This document shows, piece by piece, positions 61,396 through 64,000 of a DNA stretch of 64,000 nt. A program made the position numbers and the translations under genes. Under the pieces are notes generated by a model, which searched no databases, was not told the origin of the DNA, and saw nothing but the letters and a program-made list of their open reading frames with translations. Each line of letters starts with the position of its first letter. Position 1 is the stretch's first letter. Source of the stretch: an uncultured archaeon (GTDB lineage Archaea > Asgardarchaeota > Heimdallarchaeia > Heimdallarchaeales > Heimdallarchaeaceae); NCBI GenBank assembly GCA_964534625.1, contig CAZHRF010000001.1, forward strand, positions 64,001 to 128,000. Direction: 5' to 3'.

Positions 61396-62598
61396 GTGTC
61401 GACACTGTCTAAGGATAATTATTCTCATGAGAGGGATGACAATGCGTATTTGGTATCATATACCCACCATCTGGAACGTCAAGCAAGACAGCTTGAAACA
61501 GAAAAACAAATGCTTGATTCAGAGCGTTTAAGATTACAACGTGAGCTAAACAATCTTAAGATTGAATTAGAAAGGCTACGTACTCCACCATTGTTCCTAG
61601 GCTATATAATAGCTGTTCTTAGTGATGAAACTGCTATAGTAAGAAGTACAACGGGTCCTAATCTAGTAGTTGCTGTATCAAAAAAGATTGATGTAAATAA
61701 GTTAAAACCTGATACAAGAGTGGCACTTAATCAACGCACTTTTTCGATAGTTAAAATACTGCCTTCATCATTAGATCCTGCAGTACAAAAAATGGAATTG
61801 ATAGAGAAACCAGTTGAAAGGTTTTCCGATATTGGGGGGCTTGATCAACAAATACAAGAAATAAAGGAAACTGTAGAATTACCACTTACAAAACCTGAGT
61901 TATTTGAAAAAATTGGCATAGAACCACCAAAAGGGATTCTCTTACATGGTGCTCCTGGTACAGGCAAGACCTTACTGGCAAAAGCAGTTGCAAATGAAAC
62001 AAATGCATCATTTATTCGGTTAATAGGAAGTGAACTTGTTCAAAAATTTATTGGAGAAGGTGCCCGATTAGTAAGAGAAATTTTTGAATTTGCCCGATTA
62101 CACTCACCAAGTATATTATTCATTGATGAACTTGATGCTATTGGGAGTAAAAGATTAGATTTAGCGACCAGTGGAGATCGTGAAGTTCAACGTACCCTTA
62201 TGCAAATACTAGCCGAACTAGATGGATTCAACGCAAGGGGTGATGTGAAGGTCGTTGCTGCCACAAATAGAATTGATATATTAGATCCTGCGCTATTAAG
62301 ACCAGGAAGGTTTGATAGGATAATTGAAATCCCAATCCCAAATAATGAAGCAAGAAAAGAAATATTCAAAATTCATACGAAAAAGATGAATATATCTGGT
62401 AAGATGGATTTCGATAGGCTCGTTAAAATATCTGAAGGGGGAAGTGGAGCTGACATCAAAAATATTTGTGTTGAAGCAGGAATGTTTGCAATTAGGAATG
62501 ATAGAGATAAAGTAATTTTTAGTGATTTTGAGGATGCAATTAGAAAAATAATTGGAGAAAAAGAAAAAGCTGTGATTAATACAACTGGTTTTATTTAA
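61396..62598 (+). CDS. pan: Proteasome-activating nucleotidase
   Basis: N-terminal coiled coil, OB fold, [30 protein letters not shown]. Confidence 0.96.
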   Translation: MSTLSKDNYSHERDDNAYLVSYTHHLERQARQLETEKQMLDSERLRLQRELNNLKIELERLRTPPLFLGYIIAVLSDETAIVRSTTGPNLVVAVSKKIDVNKLKPDTRVALNQRTFSIVKILPSSLDPAVQKMELIEKPVERFSDIGGLDQQIQEIKETVELPLTKPELFEKIGIEPPKGILLHGAPGTGKTLLAKAVANETNASFIRLIGSELVQKFIGEGARLVREIFEFARLHSPSILFIDELDAIGSKRLDLATSGDREVQRTLMQILAELDGFNARGDVKVVAATNRIDILDPALLRPGRFDRIIEIPIPNNEARKEIFKIHTKKMNISGKMDFDRLVKISEGGSGADIKNICVEAGMFAIRNDRDKVIFSDFEDAIRKIIGEKEKAVINTTGFI

Positions 62599-63175
62599 CT
62601 TTGTTCTCTTCTATTATCTCTTTCTGCCTGTATAAACCTCTTGTAATGGATGAATTATAGCCAAACTTTCCCCCTAATTTGTCAATAGCTTGTTGAACCC
62701 CAATCTCTTTTTCTCCTGAGGTAAGCTTATCGGCAAAAGAAACAATGATTTCTTCTAAATTCTTTGGTGTATAATTTTGAATGGGTAAGTTAAGTTTTTT
62801 AGCTTCGCTCTCTGTAATACCTGTACCAATGTGGTTCTTAACAACATTTATAACCCTTCTGTCAATTTTTTCTTTTTCTAAAATTTGAGCTCCTTTTAAG
62901 CCATGAGAGATAGAGTGAGTTAATGATCGACCTATATCGTGTAATAAGGCACCAGCCATTATGATGTTTTTATTTATGTTATTTATGTCAGAAGAAATTT
63001 TAAGTGCTATTTCTGCAACTTTTTTACAATGTTCAATGACATTTGGAGGTGTGTCATATTTCACTAATATATTTAGACACTCTTTTTTACTCGGTATATG
63101 TCCATCGATTTCTTTATGCATTTTTACACTTACGCCTTCATTTTTACATTTATAAATTCTTATATGCTTTATCAT
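62591..63175 (-). CDS. HDIG-type HD-domain protein (TIGR00295-like)
   Basis: [33 protein letters not shown]; true start probably ATG 63121. Confidence 0.85.
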   Translation of the reverse strand: MIKHIRIYKCKNEGVSVKMHKEIDGHIPSKKECLNILVKYDTPPNVIEHCKKVAEIALKISSDINNINKNIIMAGALLHDIGRSLTHSISHGLKGAQILEKEKIDRRVINVVKNHIGTGITESEAKKLNLPIQNYTPKNLEEIIVSFADKLTSGEKEIGVQQAIDKLGGKFGYNSSITRGLYRQKEIIEENKVK

Positions 63176-63266
63176 CGGAAAAATATCTTTTTAATTATTC
63201 TTTTTCGTGGCTGAAGAATAATGTTTTTGAATTTGTATCCTATGTTTAGTACAAGAACCTTTTAAG

Positions 63267-63812
63267 GTGATTAAATTGGCAAAAACCTATAATTGTGAAA
63301 TGTGTGGAGCAGAAATTCAAACAAGACCAATACAAATTAAAATTGAAGGTGCCCAATTGTATGTTTGTCCATCTTGCTCAAAACATGGCAAAAGGGTGCA
63401 AACCCCATCTCCTTCCAAAAAAATAAGTGTTGATCGTAAAAAGAAAAGTGCAAAAAGGACATCTATCTCAAAAGTACCAACCTCTTCATCAAATAAGCAC
63501 CGCTATTATAAAAGGAAACAAGAAAAAGACTTGATATCCAACTATGGTGAAATAATTAGAAAGGCAAGACAAACAAAGAATATGAAACAAAAACAAGTAA
63601 CCGCTAAAACAAAAATTTCACTTCCTGAATTACAAAGTATAGAAAGTGGAAAAATTAGACCAACCGACGAACAAATAGATTTAATTGAAAAATTCTTTAA
63701 TATAAAAATTACTGAAAACGTAGCAAATGTTGATCCAAAAGAAGTAAAGAAAAGAAAATCTTTTCAGACACTAGGTGATATTGTCGTAATAAAAAAGAAA
63801 AAAGAGGATTAA
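63267..63812 (+). CDS. mbf1: Archaeal multiprotein bridging factor 1
   Basis: CEMCG..IEGAQLYVCPSC zinc ribbon, YGEIIRKAR HTH, IESGKIRP, TLGDIV; start probably TTG 63276. Confidence 0.93.
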   Translation: MIKLAKTYNCEMCGAEIQTRPIQIKIEGAQLYVCPSCSKHGKRVQTPSPSKKISVDRKKKSAKRTSISKVPTSSSNKHRYYKRKQEKDLISNYGEIIRKARQTKNMKQKQVTAKTKISLPELQSIESGKIRPTDEQIDLIEKFFNIKITENVANVDPKEVKKRKSFQTLGDIVVIKKKKED

Positions 63813-63882
63813 TTATCAATCTAATAAAGAAATCCTAGATGAATTTTTCACTTTTCTTCCCTGTATATTATCTATTACCAAA

Positions 63883-64000
63883 TTATAGCATTTGTTCTTT
63901 AGCAAAATTAGTAGCAGGTACAATATCTAGTCTAGATCCTATCTGACTAAGAACCTCTTCTGCTTCTTTAATTGGTAGCTTAACTGTATAAAGCCTTTTT
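63883..64000 (-). CDS. C-terminal fragment of an unidentified gene running off the window
   Basis: Open frame KRLYTVKLPIKEAEEVLSQIGSRLDIVPATNFAKEQML* with protein-like composition. Confidence 0.4.
   Translation of the reverse strand, partial: KRLYTVKLPIKEAEEVLSQIGSRLDIVPATNFAKEQML

Overview
AT-rich archaeal chromosome segment, almost entirely core genes. A Rab-like small GTPase, a PAC3/PAC4-like proteasome chaperone, an undivided RpoB and a split RpoA'/A'' point to an Asgard archaeon, probably Heimdallarchaeia (inference, not verified). It carries ribosomal protein genes (uL4, uL23, uL2, uS12, uS7, uL16, eL30), RNA polymerase subunits, NusA, aIF5A, TrpRS, PAN, MBF1, Nob1, a UDP-GlcNAc/sugar-phosphate cluster (glmS, glmU, glmM, PGI/PMI, galE, TrmB), PPDK, an ADP-dependent sugar kinase and seven tRNA genes (three with introns, one of them with two). 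No CRISPR array, rRNA or transposase was seen. Most notable: (1) a free-standing HTH-LAGLIDADG endonuclease gene behind a GC-rich, mutually exclusive hairpin switch, next to an orphan Panacea/YwgA-like fusion; (2) the first 33 Arg codons of rpoA' are all CGN in an AGA-rich background; (3) a signal peptide-FKBP-TM-cytoplasmic Cys8 zinc-finger receptor-like protein; (4) a non-initiator tRNA(CAT) with a eukaryotic-initiator-type ATCGAAA T-loop; (5) the RNAP/str superoperon broken into five local pieces; (6) several apparent pseudoenzymes. All calls come from manual motif reading; no database searches were run.
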